The notes: generated by a model from the letters alone, not told the origin. A DNA stretch of 64,000 bases from Trueperaceae bacterium (GCA_965214405.1 OZ243956.1:64001-128000); one strand, 5' to 3'. Shown: positions 1 through 10,738, numbered from the stretch's first letter. Numbers and translations are program-made.

Positions 1-118
1 GCGTCCTCGAGCCACCTTTCTTTTAGCTTTTCAAATCCCACAGCTAAGCCTCGAATCTTCTGCAAAGTGTACAGCGTCCCGCTTCACAACGCTCCAGCAA
101 AAAGCGTAAACTTACGCC

Positions 119-364
119 ATGACCGTAGACGACTGGGTACTGGAGGCGGTGCGGGCGCTTTCGAGAGGCCGGGGCGCGACCCTGCGCGAGGTTCAGCGCT
201 TTATCGACGAGCGCCATTTTGAAGAACTGGCGGTGGACACGCTGCGAAGTTCACTTGACACTTTGGTTGCGAAGGGGCGGCTCGAGGAGTCGGACGACCA
301 CTGGACTTTAGTCAAAGGGACGAGCCGGGAGGACGCGGCGAAAAAGCTTTTTGGTGACGGGTAG
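119..364 (+). CDS. Small hypothetical protein, possible winged-helix
   Basis: 81-aa ORF; TAAACT -10 hexamer 6 nt before ATG (leaderless); helix-turn-helix-like pattern (ATLREVQRFIDE...DTLRSSLDTLVAKGRL). Confidence 0.6.
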   Translation: MTVDDWVLEAVRALSRGRGATLREVQRFIDERHFEELAVDTLRSSLDTLVAKGRLEESDDHWTLVKGTSREDAAKKLFGDG

Positions 365-378
365 CTCCAGGGACGGCC

Positions 379-1857
379 TTAAAGAGGCAGCACGGCCAAG
401 AGCCAAAGGAGGCCGAACTGGACGAGGAGCGCCAAACCCAGACCCAGCGGCGCGAGCAAAAGGGCGGGCGACAGGGCGAGCAGCGCGGCGACGAACCACA
501 TTTCGAAGCGTTCGGCGGGGAGGCCGGTCCAGCTCGAGAGCTTGGCGAGCAGCAGGAGGCCCAGCAGGGGCTGCGTCGCGGCCAACAGGAGCGCGCTACC
601 CGTGACCGCCACACCCGCTGTTAATCCGGCAACCGATGTCCCGACGCCCGACGCCCCGACAACTGAGATGATGCTGAGCACCAGCGTCACCACCCCGGCG
701 GCCACCAGACCGCCCGGCAAGGCGCGGCCCAGCGCCTCGTCGGCGGGGGCCAAGGGCAGGGGCAGCGCGGGGGCGGCGGGGCCGATAAGGCGGATGAGAC
801 TCTGACCCAAAGCGAGCGCGGCAAAGAGGACGCCCACCAGGCCCACCGCGCGGCTCAGCACGCCGAAGCTCGAGGCCGCCAGCAGCAGGAACAAAAACAC
901 GTGCGAGAGCCCGGGCCGCCGGAGGAGCGAGAGCGAGCTCCGCCAGCTCGTCGCGCCGAGCGCGCCCCAGGCCGCGGGCGGCGCTCGGAGACGCCGGTTG
1001 GTAGCCCGCGTCGGCTTGTCGCGCAGTTGCGCCAGCAACTCTCCCCGCCGCGCGGGGTCCGCCGCGCCCGCCCCCAAAAAAGCGAGCGTCGACATCGCGC
1101 GGAGTTCGCTCAGCACGAGGCACTGCGCGGGAAACGCGGGCGGGAACGCCTCACGCAGCGACGCCCGCACTCCCCAAAGGACGAGCGAGAGGAGCGCGGC
1201 AGGTTGGAGCAGGGTGAGGGGGTTGGGGCTGTGGAGCGCCGCCGCCAAACCCCAGCCGGGGCTAAGAGCGCCCAGCGTACACAGGGCGAGGATGAGGCCG
1301 ACTAAGAACGCAAGGTAACGCCGGGACACTTTGGATTCGGTTGTGCCCCCCGCATAAGCGAGCCAGGCGAGGCCAAGTTGCGCGGGCGCTAAGAGCGCGA
1401 GCAGCGGCCCCGCGAGGGGCGCGCGCGTCGCCAACCAGGTAGCGGCCAGAAGTGTCCAGCACGCACCTAGCACGAGACCGGAGAAAGCGTAGAGCAGGCT
1501 TTTCAGCGTATAGGCCCAGCGTAAACTCAATCCGGGCGGCGCGGGCGCGAGCGCCAAGCGGTAGAGGTCGGCGCGGCTGAGAATCACGGGCGGCGCGTGG
1601 GCGCGGAAGAGTGGAAAGAGGAGAAACGTGGCGAGGAGCGCGTTGGCGGCGAGCGGGAGATGGCGGGTGGACAGGGGGTCGGTAAGCGGCGCGAGCAGTT
1701 GGATGCCCGAGACGAGAAAAATCACGAACCAGACGATGAGGTAAACGACCGACGCCCAGCCGACCGCCTTGCCGATCCAGTCGAGGTAACCCCGAACCGC
1801 GCGCCCCAGGGTGCGGCGGCGCAGGTAGGAGACGGCGCTAGCGGACATCAGCCTCAC
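379..1857 (-). CDS. Multi-pass membrane protein, probable ABC exporter permease
   Basis: Many hydrophobic segments; overlaps and follows an ABC ATPase gene. Confidence 0.65.
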   Translation of the reverse strand: MRLMSASAVSYLRRRTLGRAVRGYLDWIGKAVGWASVVYLIVWFVIFLVSGIQLLAPLTDPLSTRHLPLAANALLATFLLFPLFRAHAPPVILSRADLYRLALAPAPPGLSLRWAYTLKSLLYAFSGLVLGACWTLLAATWLATRAPLAGPLLALLAPAQLGLAWLAYAGGTTESKVSRRYLAFLVGLILALCTLGALSPGWGLAAALHSPNPLTLLQPAALLSLVLWGVRASLREAFPPAFPAQCLVLSELRAMSTLAFLGAGAADPARRGELLAQLRDKPTRATNRRLRAPPAAWGALGATSWRSSLSLLRRPGLSHVFLFLLLAASSFGVLSRAVGLVGVLFAALALGQSLIRLIGPAAPALPLPLAPADEALGRALPGGLVAAGVVTLVLSIISVVGASGVGTSVAGLTAGVAVTGSALLLAATQPLLGLLLLAKLSSWTGLPAERFEMWFVAALLALSPALLLAPLGLGLALLVQFGLLWLLAVLPL

Positions 1858-2587
1858 GGGGAGGTGAGTGGGCGTGAGGGGCTGTCTGAGAGGACGTCAA
1901 TTTTCCCCCCTCGAGCCGCAACTCCCGCGCCCCCGACAGGGTGGTCTGGTGCGCGGTCAAAAGCACCGCACCGCCCGCCGCCGCGCGCGCGCCCAGCGCG
2001 TCTTGCAGCACTCCTTGCGCCTCCACGTCGAGCGCGTTAAAGGGCTCGTCGAGCATCAGGAGCGGGGTCTCGAGGCCCAGCGCGAGCGCCAGGGCGAGTT
2101 TTTGGCGCATCCCCCTCGAGTGGCGGCTCGGGCTCTCGCCCAAAAAGCGGGTGAGGGAGAAGGCGTCCAGCCACCCCAGCGCCCGCGCCTCCGCCCCTGG
2201 TTGCGCGTAAACGCGCGCGGTGAAGACCGCGTGCTCGCGGAGCGTGAGGTCTTCGTAAAGCGCCGCCACGTCGGGCGCGTAGACAAAGCTCGCCTTGGCC
2301 GCTAAGCTCTGCGGCCTGTGCCCGCGAATCAAGATGTCGCCGTTATGGGGCAAAAGGCCCGCGACCGCGCGCAACAGCGTGCTTTTGCCCGCGCCGTTGG
2401 CCCCCGCGAGCCAGGCTAAGTCGCCCACCTGGAGGGTGAAACTCACCGACTCGAGGATGACCGCGCCGCTCAGGCGGACGCTCACGTCTTCTAAAGTGAG
2501 AACGGGCGTGTCGGGCGTGGGTGCGTTAGGGGCGGGACCGTCTTGCGCAGGACCATCTTGCGTAGGACCATCTAGGGGCTGACTCAC
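1838..2587 (-). CDS. ABC transporter ATP-binding protein
   Basis: Walker A GANGAGKST, signature HSRGMRQK, Walker B LLMLDEP; start set at GTG 2587 overlapping the upstream stop. Confidence 0.85.
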   Translation of the reverse strand: MSQPLDGPTQDGPAQDGPAPNAPTPDTPVLTLEDVSVRLSGAVILESVSFTLQVGDLAWLAGANGAGKSTLLRAVAGLLPHNGDILIRGHRPQSLAAKASFVYAPDVAALYEDLTLREHAVFTARVYAQPGAEARALGWLDAFSLTRFLGESPSRHSRGMRQKLALALALGLETPLLMLDEPFNALDVEAQGVLQDALGARAAAGGAVLLTAHQTTLSGARELRLEGGKLTSSQTAPHAHSPPREADVR

Positions 2588-2901
2588 CCGAGCACCCAGT
2601 CGGTCAGCAAGTAAAAAGCGAGCGAGGCGGCCACGCGGATGATGTGTTCGCGCGGCGCGGCGGTGCCGAACACCACGCGCGCGTTGACGAACGAGGCGAG
2701 CGCGGCGAGGGCGAGACCCGCCGCCAAAAAGCCGCGGGTAAAGGGGATGGCGGACACGAACGCCGCCGCGGCGATCATCAGCACCGCCGCCGCGAGCAAA
2801 AAGAGCCCCGCGACCCACGCTTTGCGGCGCACCACCGCCCACGCCCCAAAGGCGTTGACGAGCGCGTAACCGGTGGTCACAAAGGCCAGCAGAATGAACA
2901 T
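2584..2901 (-). CDS. Small integral membrane protein
   Basis: 105 aa with about four hydrophobic helices; operonic position. Confidence 0.65.
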   Translation of the reverse strand: MFILLAFVTTGYALVNAFGAWAVVRRKAWVAGLFLLAAAVLMIAAAAFVSAIPFTRGFLAAGLALAALASFVNARVVFGTAAPREHIIRVAASLAFYLLTDWVLG

Positions 2902-2912
2902 AGGCGCACGCC

Positions 2913-3758
2913 TTACAGCGCCCCCGTCAACGCGGTGAGGTCGTCGGGGCTCAGCAGGTCGTGAAGATAAACGACCGTAAGGGGTTTATGGACCGCGCGC
3001 GCCACCTGGGTGGCGAGCCACGCGTCGGTTCCCGTCTGGTCGGCGACCATGACGAGTTCGTCCACGCTCCCCTTGCGGCTTAGGTAACGCGCCGCGCCCA
3101 GCACCTCGCGGTCGGTCGGGAGAAGGCGCGCGTCCAGCCGCGCCCCCTCGTCGCGGAGCATGGCGGGCTCGAGCCTTCCCTGCGACACGAGGTGTTGCCC
3201 CGGCGCGCCGAGTTTGCCCACCACCACGTCAGTCAAAAGCCAGGGTTGCGCCAAGACGCCCACGACCCGTTCGTTCGACAAGCCCCGCCAGCGCGGCTCC
3301 GGGTAGCGCGGCGGCTTCGCCAGGCTCCGGTTTCTCTCCCACACGCGCCGCACCAACGCGGGGTCGCGCGAGAGCGCGTGGAGCGTGTTGACGGCCAGCG
3401 TTTGGGGGGGGTTCTCGAGCCCCGCGGGCACCCCCACCAGCGGCGGCAGACCGCCCAGCGTGGCGGCCAACGCCTCGGGAAAAGAGGCCACCCACGGGTC
3501 TTGCCCCCCGCCCCGCGCGCTCTCAAAGGCGGGGTTTAAGTCGGGCACGATTAACATGTCTACGTCTAATGAAAGCGCCTGCGCCGCGGCCATCTTAAAG
3601 GCCACGCCGGGAACTTTTGCCAAGCGCGCGTCGGTGAGCGCGCGCTCCACGAGCGGCGGCTCGGGAAAAAGCGCGTCCGCCCCCACACCCGTAACGAGCT
3701 TGTGCCAAAGGGGACCGTAACGCTCCCAAAGTAAAGACGTGAGAAAGCCAACACGCAT
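2913..3758 (-). CDS. Hypothetical protein
   Basis: 281-aa ORF at the head of the operon; TAGACT hexamer shortly upstream of ATG. Confidence 0.65.
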   Translation of the reverse strand: MRVGFLTSLLWERYGPLWHKLVTGVGADALFPEPPLVERALTDARLAKVPGVAFKMAAAQALSLDVDMLIVPDLNPAFESARGGGQDPWVASFPEALAATLGGLPPLVGVPAGLENPPQTLAVNTLHALSRDPALVRRVWERNRSLAKPPRYPEPRWRGLSNERVVGVLAQPWLLTDVVVGKLGAPGQHLVSQGRLEPAMLRDEGARLDARLLPTDREVLGAARYLSRKGSVDELVMVADQTGTDAWLATQVARAVHKPLTVVYLHDLLSPDDLTALTGAL

Positions 3759-3955
3759 AGCGGCCTAGTCTAGCACAAGACGTTTGGGGGGTCTGGCGCG
3801 CGGACGTGACCGCAAACAGGCTTTTTCATGAGTACCCTAGAGGAAGCTGTAGAACGCGCTTTTGCTTCCCTAAAGACGAACGTGATGCGTACCTGGTCTA
3901 AAGGCTTCTCAGGCCTCGGTACTCGCTTATGCGAACAGACCCGGTCGAATCTGCG

Positions 3956-5443
3956 TTAGCCCAATCCCGTTTCAAAAGGTCGTCCCCCAAACCTTGCTAA
4001 GTTGTCCGCATGATGAGCGCGCCCTGTGGCTCTCAAACGGGCCAGATAAGCTTGCCAGTTCTGGCTCTTTTCGTTGGCGTGCAGAGGGCCACCCTCGGCG
4101 ATTACGCCCCAAAATGGGTCACCCCTCAACGCTTTGGGCATCTGCGCGGCGAGCCAGGCGTCCAGCTTCTGCAAGCCCTGATTTAAGACATCATTGTGGG
4201 TAGAAGCAAGATTGGTGGTTTCGTGCGAGTCGTCTCTAAGGTTAAAAAGCATGTACGCAGGAAAGTCTTTTAGACCCGTGTGGTAGGTGCGAATCATCAG
4301 CCAATCGTCCCAGCGCACCGAACGCTGACAGCTCCACGCGCCTTGGCTCAGCACCAGGTAATCGCGCCCTTCGTCTTGCGGTGAGGATAACGTGGAGGCG
4401 AAGGACGAGCCGTCCCAACTCTCGGGTTGTTCGCCGCCCATAAGTTCGGCGAGGGTTGCCGTAAGGTCGATATGGTAGTAAAGGCCGTTCTTGACCGCGC
4501 CAGCTTGCTCATCCGTAACGCCGGGCCAGCGCACAAGGAGAGGGAGACGATTGGTTTTGTCGTCCGCCGTTTGGTGGTCGCCCCAGACGTTGAGTTCACC
4601 GTGATTTTCGCCGTGGTCGGCGCAAAGCACAATGGCGGTGTCGTCGTAAACGCCCATATCTTTCAAGTCTTGGATGAGTTTGCCGACGTAAAAGTCCGCG
4701 TAGTGAATGCCCGTGTCGTAGCCGTCTATATGCGCTTTCACGTCTTCAAGCGTTTTGATGTGCCCCACCCCCATGCGCCAGACAGGGGGCAAAACGTCGT
4801 TATAGCCCGGCACGTCGTGCGCCCCGTGGGGGCCGAAGGAGGCGTTTTGGGCGTCGAGCAAGCTTTGCGTGTACCAGTCCTCGATGGGTTCGTCTTCAAA
4901 AGGATTCCCGTAACTTTCAGGGTGGTCGTAGGGGGTATGCGGGTCCCAGAAGTTGATATGCAAAAACCAGTCGTCTTTTTTACCGTTTCGCTCGAGCCAA
5001 CCCTTGGCCGGTGGATACATCTCGTCCGCGTTTTCGTAGCCGCCTTTGCCCGTGTCGTAGGTTTCGGAAAAGCCGTACCAGGCTTGATAGGCCGTGTGCC
5101 GATTCGGAAAAGGGCTGATGCTCGCGGTGTGGTAGCCCGCGCGCCTTAACACGCTGGCGAGCGCGTCTTCGGCAAAGCGGGTGCGAAAGCCGCGGCTCGC
5201 GCCTTGCAAGGGCAGGTCGGCGTAAGCCCCGCCGTGGTTCACCACGCCCGTGTTGACGCCGAAACGCCCGCCAAAAAAAGCCGTCCGGCTGGGTAAACAG
5301 GGTGTATCGGTGGCGTAAAGGTTGGTAAAGCGAACGCCTTCGGCGGCGAGCGCGTCGATATTGGGAGAAGTTTGGCGGTGGTAGCCGTAGCAAGAAAGGT
5401 GGTCGGGGCGTAAGGAGTCGATGTCGATGTACAAAATTCGCAT
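3956..5443 (-). CDS. Sulfatase (Cys-type, formylglycine-dependent family)
   Basis: N-terminal IDIDSLRPD, CLPSR motif, DPH and ADHG metal motifs. Confidence 0.9.
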   Translation of the reverse strand: MRILYIDIDSLRPDHLSCYGYHRQTSPNIDALAAEGVRFTNLYATDTPCLPSRTAFFGGRFGVNTGVVNHGGAYADLPLQGASRGFRTRFAEDALASVLRRAGYHTASISPFPNRHTAYQAWYGFSETYDTGKGGYENADEMYPPAKGWLERNGKKDDWFLHINFWDPHTPYDHPESYGNPFEDEPIEDWYTQSLLDAQNASFGPHGAHDVPGYNDVLPPVWRMGVGHIKTLEDVKAHIDGYDTGIHYADFYVGKLIQDLKDMGVYDDTAIVLCADHGENHGELNVWGDHQTADDKTNRLPLLVRWPGVTDEQAGAVKNGLYYHIDLTATLAELMGGEQPESWDGSSFASTLSSPQDEGRDYLVLSQGAWSCQRSVRWDDWLMIRTYHTGLKDFPAYMLFNLRDDSHETTNLASTHNDVLNQGLQKLDAWLAAQMPKALRGDPFWGVIAEGGPLHANEKSQNWQAYLARLRATGRAHHADNLARFGGRPFETGLG

Positions 5444-5467
5444 GGTGTTCTCCTGTGTCCTCCGCTG

Positions 5468-7015
5468 TCAAGCGCCCGCAATGCGCGGCATCCGGGTGGG
5501 TTCGTTCTGCAAGGTTGCTTGCAAGAACTCGTGCATCAGCCCCAACTTAAGCCCTCTACTCTCCGGCTCGTCCCAAAGGTTGTTGAGTTCATCCGGATCT
5601 TCTTGCAAATCGAAAAGCTCACCGAAATCCTCTTCACGGTACAGGGTCAGTTTGTAGCGCTCGTTCACGTAGGTTCTTAAGTGCGGCATGACCGGGTTGT
5701 GGCGGTTCTCGCAGATGACGTGGTCTCGAGCCTCCGCCTGTTTACCCTCCCAAACGTCAAGTTGACTCACCCCCTGCACCTCACCCGGAACGCCTTGACC
5801 GCTCGCCGTTAAAAAAGTCGGGGCCAAATCGACCAGGCTTTGCAACGCGTCACTGGTTCTATTCTCAGGAACGTGCCCGGGCCAACGAACGACAAAAGGA
5901 AGCTTGAGCATGTCTTCATAGTGAAACGGTCCCTTGGCAATCAGCCCGTGCTGGCCGAGAAAGTGGCCGTGGTCGGTGGTGAAGACGACGATGGTGTTGT
6001 CGGCAAGACCCAGCGCCTCGAGCTTGTCCAACATACGCCCGATTTGCGCGTCCATAAAGCTAATCATCCCGTAGTAAACCGCCATGTCCTTTTTAAGTTC
6101 GGCTTCGGGGTAGAGGTGCGAGGAGCAGCCGTGCGCCTGAAAGGGTTCGTGCCAATTTCCAAAGTCGGGATTTTCTTTTTGCGTTTCCCCGAAGTGCCAG
6201 GGGTTCTTATCGTGTTCGCCCGCAACCAGTTTGCCGGGCGCCATGTCTTCGGGGTTGTACATCGACGCCCAGGGTTCGGGCACGGTGTAGGGCGGGTGCG
6301 GGTCGTGAAAGCTCGACCAGAGGAAAAAGGGGGCGTCCTCTTGCGCCGCGCGCTCGAGAAACTCTATACTACGTTCGCCCGTCCAGGCCGTGTAATGCAA
6401 ATCTTCGGGTAACGCCCAGGCGCGGTCTTCGCGCACCCAATAGCCGACGTCTTTGTTTATCTTGGGCGCTTTCGTAGAGCTGTCTCCCGGCAGCGGCTGA
6501 AAGTAGTCGCGCCAGTCCTTTAGTCCTTTTTCCTCCAACCAAATTGCGTAGTGTTGCCCCACATGGCTCTCGTCCGCGTGGTTTCTAGCCAGCTCGACGT
6601 GGTCGAAACCGTACCAGGGGTCTTTGAAATCCCGCCAGAAATCTAAGTCGCGCAATGTCGGTTGCGCCTCGATAGACTCCGAACCTTTTTGAGAAGCGAG
6701 CGGCTGAAAGTGCGCCTTGCCGATGAGCGCTGTTTTGTAGCCGACATCTTTCAAATGCTCACCCACCGTGGGCACGTCCTCGGGCAGTTTCACCCCAATC
6801 GTCCAGGCCCCGTGCTGCGAGGGGTACATGCCGGTGATGAGGCTCGAGCGCGACGGCGTACACACCGGGTTGGGGCAATACGCCCTCGTAAACCGCGTCC
6901 CCTCCCGGCACAGCCTGTCGAGCGCAGGCGTTTTGATACGCGGATTCGTCACCCCCAGCGTACTGAAGTGTTGCTGGTCGGAGGTGATCAAAAGGATATT
7001 GGGCTTCTTGGGCAT
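5468..7015 (-). CDS. Sulfatase (Cys-type)
   Basis: KPNILLITSDQ, CTPSRSSLITG, GKAH, DPH, TDHG. Confidence 0.92.
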   Translation of the reverse strand: MPKKPNILLITSDQQHFSTLGVTNPRIKTPALDRLCREGTRFTRAYCPNPVCTPSRSSLITGMYPSQHGAWTIGVKLPEDVPTVGEHLKDVGYKTALIGKAHFQPLASQKGSESIEAQPTLRDLDFWRDFKDPWYGFDHVELARNHADESHVGQHYAIWLEEKGLKDWRDYFQPLPGDSSTKAPKINKDVGYWVREDRAWALPEDLHYTAWTGERSIEFLERAAQEDAPFFLWSSFHDPHPPYTVPEPWASMYNPEDMAPGKLVAGEHDKNPWHFGETQKENPDFGNWHEPFQAHGCSSHLYPEAELKKDMAVYYGMISFMDAQIGRMLDKLEALGLADNTIVVFTTDHGHFLGQHGLIAKGPFHYEDMLKLPFVVRWPGHVPENRTSDALQSLVDLAPTFLTASGQGVPGEVQGVSQLDVWEGKQAEARDHVICENRHNPVMPHLRTYVNERYKLTLYREEDFGELFDLQEDPDELNNLWDEPESRGLKLGLMHEFLQATLQNEPTRMPRIAGA

Positions 7016-7140
7016 AGTAGGTCCTTCCAGAAGATACAGAAAGGGGAATACGGAATACAGAATGTCTGGTTCATTCTCCCTTCTGTATTCCCATCACCAG
7101 GAAACGAACTGACGCGAGTCACCCCCTACGCCTCTTTCTC

Positions 7141-8025
7141 CTACTGCTTCACCGCCCCCGCGATCCCCTCCACAAAGTACCTCTGCATAAACAAAAACAG
7201 TACGATAATGGGCAAGATGCTGATGGTCGCCGCCGCCGCCATGCCGCCCCAATCGACGAAGAACTCGCCTCTAAACGCGTAAATCCCGACCGCGAGGGTG
7301 CGTAAGTCGGGGCGGGCCAGCGTCAGCACGAGGGGCAGCAAAAAGTCGTTCCAGGCGTGCAGCGTTTGCATGATGGCGACGGTGGCGATGATGGGTTTGG
7401 CTAAAGGCAGCATGACCTGCCAGAACACCCTGAAAAAGCCCGCGCCGTCGATGATGGCGGCCTCTTCCAACTCGCCCGGCAAGCGGCTGAAATAGCCTGT
7501 AAAAAGCAAGATGAAAATGATCGGCGAGCCCCCGCTGGTGCCCAAAATCACGCCCAGCAACGACCCGCTGAGGCCGAGGCCGTTGATGAGTTCGAACACG
7601 GGGATGATGGTGTAGCCCTGCGGCAAAAAGACGGTCGCCACCAAAATGCCCACCACGATGCGCTTGCCCGGAAACCGGTAGCGCCCCAACACGTAGCCCA
7701 TCATGGACGTTGTCACCACCACGATGAGCACGGAGGACGCCGTGATGATGACGGTGTTGATGAAGTACCTGCCGATATTGGCCTGCGTCCAGGCCCTGGG
7801 GAAGTTCGACCACTCGAGCGACTTCGGAATGAGCCCCAGCCCCGCAAAGATTTCGCCGTTACTCTTGAGCGCGGCGGACACCGTCCAGAGAAACGGGTAG
7901 ATCCAAACGAAGCAGATGGGCAAGAGAACGAGCGTGGTGATGATGAGCCGGGGGCGGTTGCCGCTAAACCACCAGCGCGCTTCCGTCCACTCGAGCTTGG
8001 GACGCGGCTTGAAGTCGGAGGTCAC
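7141..8025 (-). CDS. Carbohydrate ABC transporter permease (MalG-like)
   Basis: EAA loop EEAAIIDGA; C-terminal QRYFVEGIAGAVK. Confidence 0.9.
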   Translation of the reverse strand: MTSDFKPRPKLEWTEARWWFSGNRPRLIITTLVLLPICFVWIYPFLWTVSAALKSNGEIFAGLGLIPKSLEWSNFPRAWTQANIGRYFINTVIITASSVLIVVVTTSMMGYVLGRYRFPGKRIVVGILVATVFLPQGYTIIPVFELINGLGLSGSLLGVILGTSGGSPIIFILLFTGYFSRLPGELEEAAIIDGAGFFRVFWQVMLPLAKPIIATVAIMQTLHAWNDFLLPLVLTLARPDLRTLAVGIYAFRGEFFVDWGGMAAAATISILPIIVLFLFMQRYFVEGIAGAVKQ

Positions 8026-8984
8026 GACAAGCGCCTCGAGCGCATCCCGCGCACCGCCAGACCCTGCAACAGCGTCACGACCATCACGGCCAGCCCGAAA
8101 AACACGCCCGCCGCCGACGCGTAACCCAAACGCGGCACGCTGCCGCCGCCACTCGTGCCAAAGGCGGTGCGGTAGATATACACTTCCATCACCTCACTGC
8201 TGTAAAAAGGCCCGCCGCCCGTCATGGTTTGGACGAGCGCGAACACGTTGAGCGAACCCACCGCGGTAATGAGCAAAATGACGATGGCAAAAGGCGTCAG
8301 CAACGGAACAATAATATACCTGAAAAGTTCCCAACGCCCCGCGCCGTCGAGCTTGGCGGCCTCGTACAGGTCGGCGGGCACGGTTTGCAAGGACGCCAGC
8401 CAGTAAATCATGGTGATGCCGAACCACTTCCAGACGAACACGCCGATAACCGTCCAGAGGGAGGTGGCGGCGCTACCCAGAAAGTCGATGGGCCTCGAGA
8501 CGAGGCCAAAATCCACCAAAATACGGTTCACGGGGCCGTTAAAGGGGCTGAAAATAAAACTCATGACGATGCCCACAATGGCCGTTGTCGTCACCACGGG
8601 GATAAAGAACAGGGTGCGAAACACGGGCGCGAGTTTGAGCGCTCTGTCGTTTAGGACGATGGCGACGACGAGCGACAACATCATCTGGAGGGGCACGCTC
8701 ACGAGCATAAAGACAAAAGAGCGGCGAAACGCGCCCCAAAAGAGCGCGTCGCCTATGACCTCTCTAAAGTTGGCGATACCGACGAACGCTTTGTTGGCGG
8801 TAAACCCCGACCAGTCCAGAAAGGCAAACTGCCAGGACGCAAAAATGGGATAAAAGGTAAACATCCCCATCAGGACAAGCGAGGGGAGCATGAACAAGTA
8901 GCACCAGCGGTACTTCCAGATTTCTCGCCGCAGGGTTTGGGGGCGTTTGGTGTAGGGCGCGGAGGTACGCAGTCGGGTCGCCAT
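8022..8984 (-). CDS. Carbohydrate ABC transporter permease (MalF-like)
   Basis: EAA loop YEAAKLDGA; FVGIANF; GYASA. Confidence 0.9.
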   Translation of the reverse strand: MATRLRTSAPYTKRPQTLRREIWKYRWCYLFMLPSLVLMGMFTFYPIFASWQFAFLDWSGFTANKAFVGIANFREVIGDALFWGAFRRSFVFMLVSVPLQMMLSLVVAIVLNDRALKLAPVFRTLFFIPVVTTTAIVGIVMSFIFSPFNGPVNRILVDFGLVSRPIDFLGSAATSLWTVIGVFVWKWFGITMIYWLASLQTVPADLYEAAKLDGAGRWELFRYIIVPLLTPFAIVILLITAVGSLNVFALVQTMTGGGPFYSSEVMEVYIYRTAFGTSGGGSVPRLGYASAAGVFFGLAVMVVTLLQGLAVRGMRSRRLS

Positions 8985-9190
8985 AGGGTTCCTTATCTAG
9001 CTTGCGCGGGGTGCTCGAGCGTCTCGTCTATACGTGAATAAAAAGAAGGCAGAATGTTTGATTAATTCTCCCTTCTGTGTTCGCCATTCACCGGCTTTTT
9101 TGCAAAACCAGTCACAAGAAACAAAAAGTGAACGAGCAAAGGAGTAGAGGAAAACCTTTTCTCCTCTACTCCTCTTCTCACGTCCTACGC

Positions 9191-10738
9191 TTAAAGGTCT
9201 TCGTAATCCTCCGCGCCGTAGTCTTCGCGCGGGTTCCAGTTGGGGAAGACCCAGTCGTCGCGGGACACGTCGGCACCCTTGGCCTGGGCGGCGGCGATGG
9301 CGCGCTCGAGTTCCGCCGTGTAGCGCTCTTGCAGGTCGTTCATCTGCGCCCTCACGTCCGTGAGTTCGCCTGCGTAGAGTCCCTGCACCACCTGCGCGAA
9401 ACTCGGCTCGGGGGTGCGAAGTTCTAAGGTAACCTGAACAACATCGGGGTTTCTGACCACGGGGTTGGGACCCACTTTGATCTGCTCATTAAACATATTG
9501 AGCGCCTGCTTGGCCCTGGGGCTAAGCGTGGCGTTGGCAACCGCATCGGGCAAGATGGGCGCGTCGGCCGCCCCGACGATGCTGGCCCACTCCGTTTGGC
9601 CTTCGACGCTGCCCAGATAAGCAAAGATGTCGCCCGCGACGGCGGCGTTGTCGGGGGGGCTGCCGTTAAATACCCAGAGAGCGTTCGCCCCACCTTCACT
9701 GATGGTGAGCGGCCAGACGTCGCCGTCGTCGGGTAGCGGTTGGGTGGAAATGCCAAAGTCGAAGTCGGGGTTTTCGCGTTCCCACTGCGGGATGTTCCAG
9801 GGACCTTGCAAAATCATCCCCGCGGTACCCTGCGGCATAAAGGCCCTCGCCTGCGGCGCGTTGATGCTCAGAACGCCCGGAAACACGCTGCCGTCGTCAC
9901 GGAGTTGCAACAGCAGTTCGACCGCGCCGATGTACTCCTCGGTGTTGTAGTTGTATTCACCCGTTAAGAAGTTCATGTCGGCGGTGATTTGAGCACCGAG
10001 ACCGCCTACAGCGCCCGCCATCTTGGCAAAGCCCGCGACAATGTCGCCCCAGCGGTTGAGTTGGTTGCCGCCCAAAATAAAGCCGTAGTAGGCCCCGTTG
10101 CCCTGCTCGGTAATTTTCTTGGCGGCGTCTCGAAACGTCGTCCAGGTTAGGGGCTCGTTTTCGGGGTCGTAACCCGCCGCGGCGAGCATATCTTTATTGT
10201 ACAAGAGGTGCGTGCCGTAGCTTTTGTTGGAGGTAAAGGGGAAGCTGTAGGTTTTGCCATCAAAATCTGTGACGCCCGGCAAGAAGACCCCTGCCGGAAA
10301 CCGGGCTTTCACTTCCTCAAAGTTGGGGATAAGGTCGTTCAAGGGTTGAACCCACCCCTCGCTCACGGCCTGCGCGCCGCTGACACTAAGGGGCAACTGG
10401 AAAACGTCGTGCGCCGTGCCGTTGCGAATGCCCAGCGGCACGACCTGGGCAATTTCGTTCCAGGGCAGGGGGTCGTAGGCGACTCTGATGTTGGGGTGAG
10501 CAGCCTGGTAAGCAGCGAAGAATTCGTTGAAAAAGACGGCCTTTTGGTCACCGCTGTCGACCCAGCGCAGGGTGACGTTGTCAGTAGGCAAGGTCGCGCC
10601 GGTATTGGGAATCGTGATGTCTTGCGCCCAAACCCGCTGCGTCCCTTGGGCCATCAAAAAAGCCCCGGCACCCGTTGCGCCCATGAGCTTGATGAGTTGT
10701 CGTCTGGACAGTTTGCCTTCTTTGTCAAACCAGTTCAT
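9191..10738 (-). CDS. Tat-exported sugar ABC substrate-binding protein
   Basis: Twin-arginine signal SRRQLIK; family-1 SBP motifs (LLYNKDML, GMILQGPW). Confidence 0.88.
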   Translation of the reverse strand: MNWFDKEGKLSRRQLIKLMGATGAGAFLMAQGTQRVWAQDITIPNTGATLPTDNVTLRWVDSGDQKAVFFNEFFAAYQAAHPNIRVAYDPLPWNEIAQVVPLGIRNGTAHDVFQLPLSVSGAQAVSEGWVQPLNDLIPNFEEVKARFPAGVFLPGVTDFDGKTYSFPFTSNKSYGTHLLYNKDMLAAAGYDPENEPLTWTTFRDAAKKITEQGNGAYYGFILGGNQLNRWGDIVAGFAKMAGAVGGLGAQITADMNFLTGEYNYNTEEYIGAVELLLQLRDDGSVFPGVLSINAPQARAFMPQGTAGMILQGPWNIPQWERENPDFDFGISTQPLPDDGDVWPLTISEGGANALWVFNGSPPDNAAVAGDIFAYLGSVEGQTEWASIVGAADAPILPDAVANATLSPRAKQALNMFNEQIKVGPNPVVRNPDVVQVTLELRTPEPSFAQVVQGLYAGELTDVRAQMNDLQERYTAELERAIAAAQAKGADVSRDDWVFPNWNPREDYGAEDYEDL

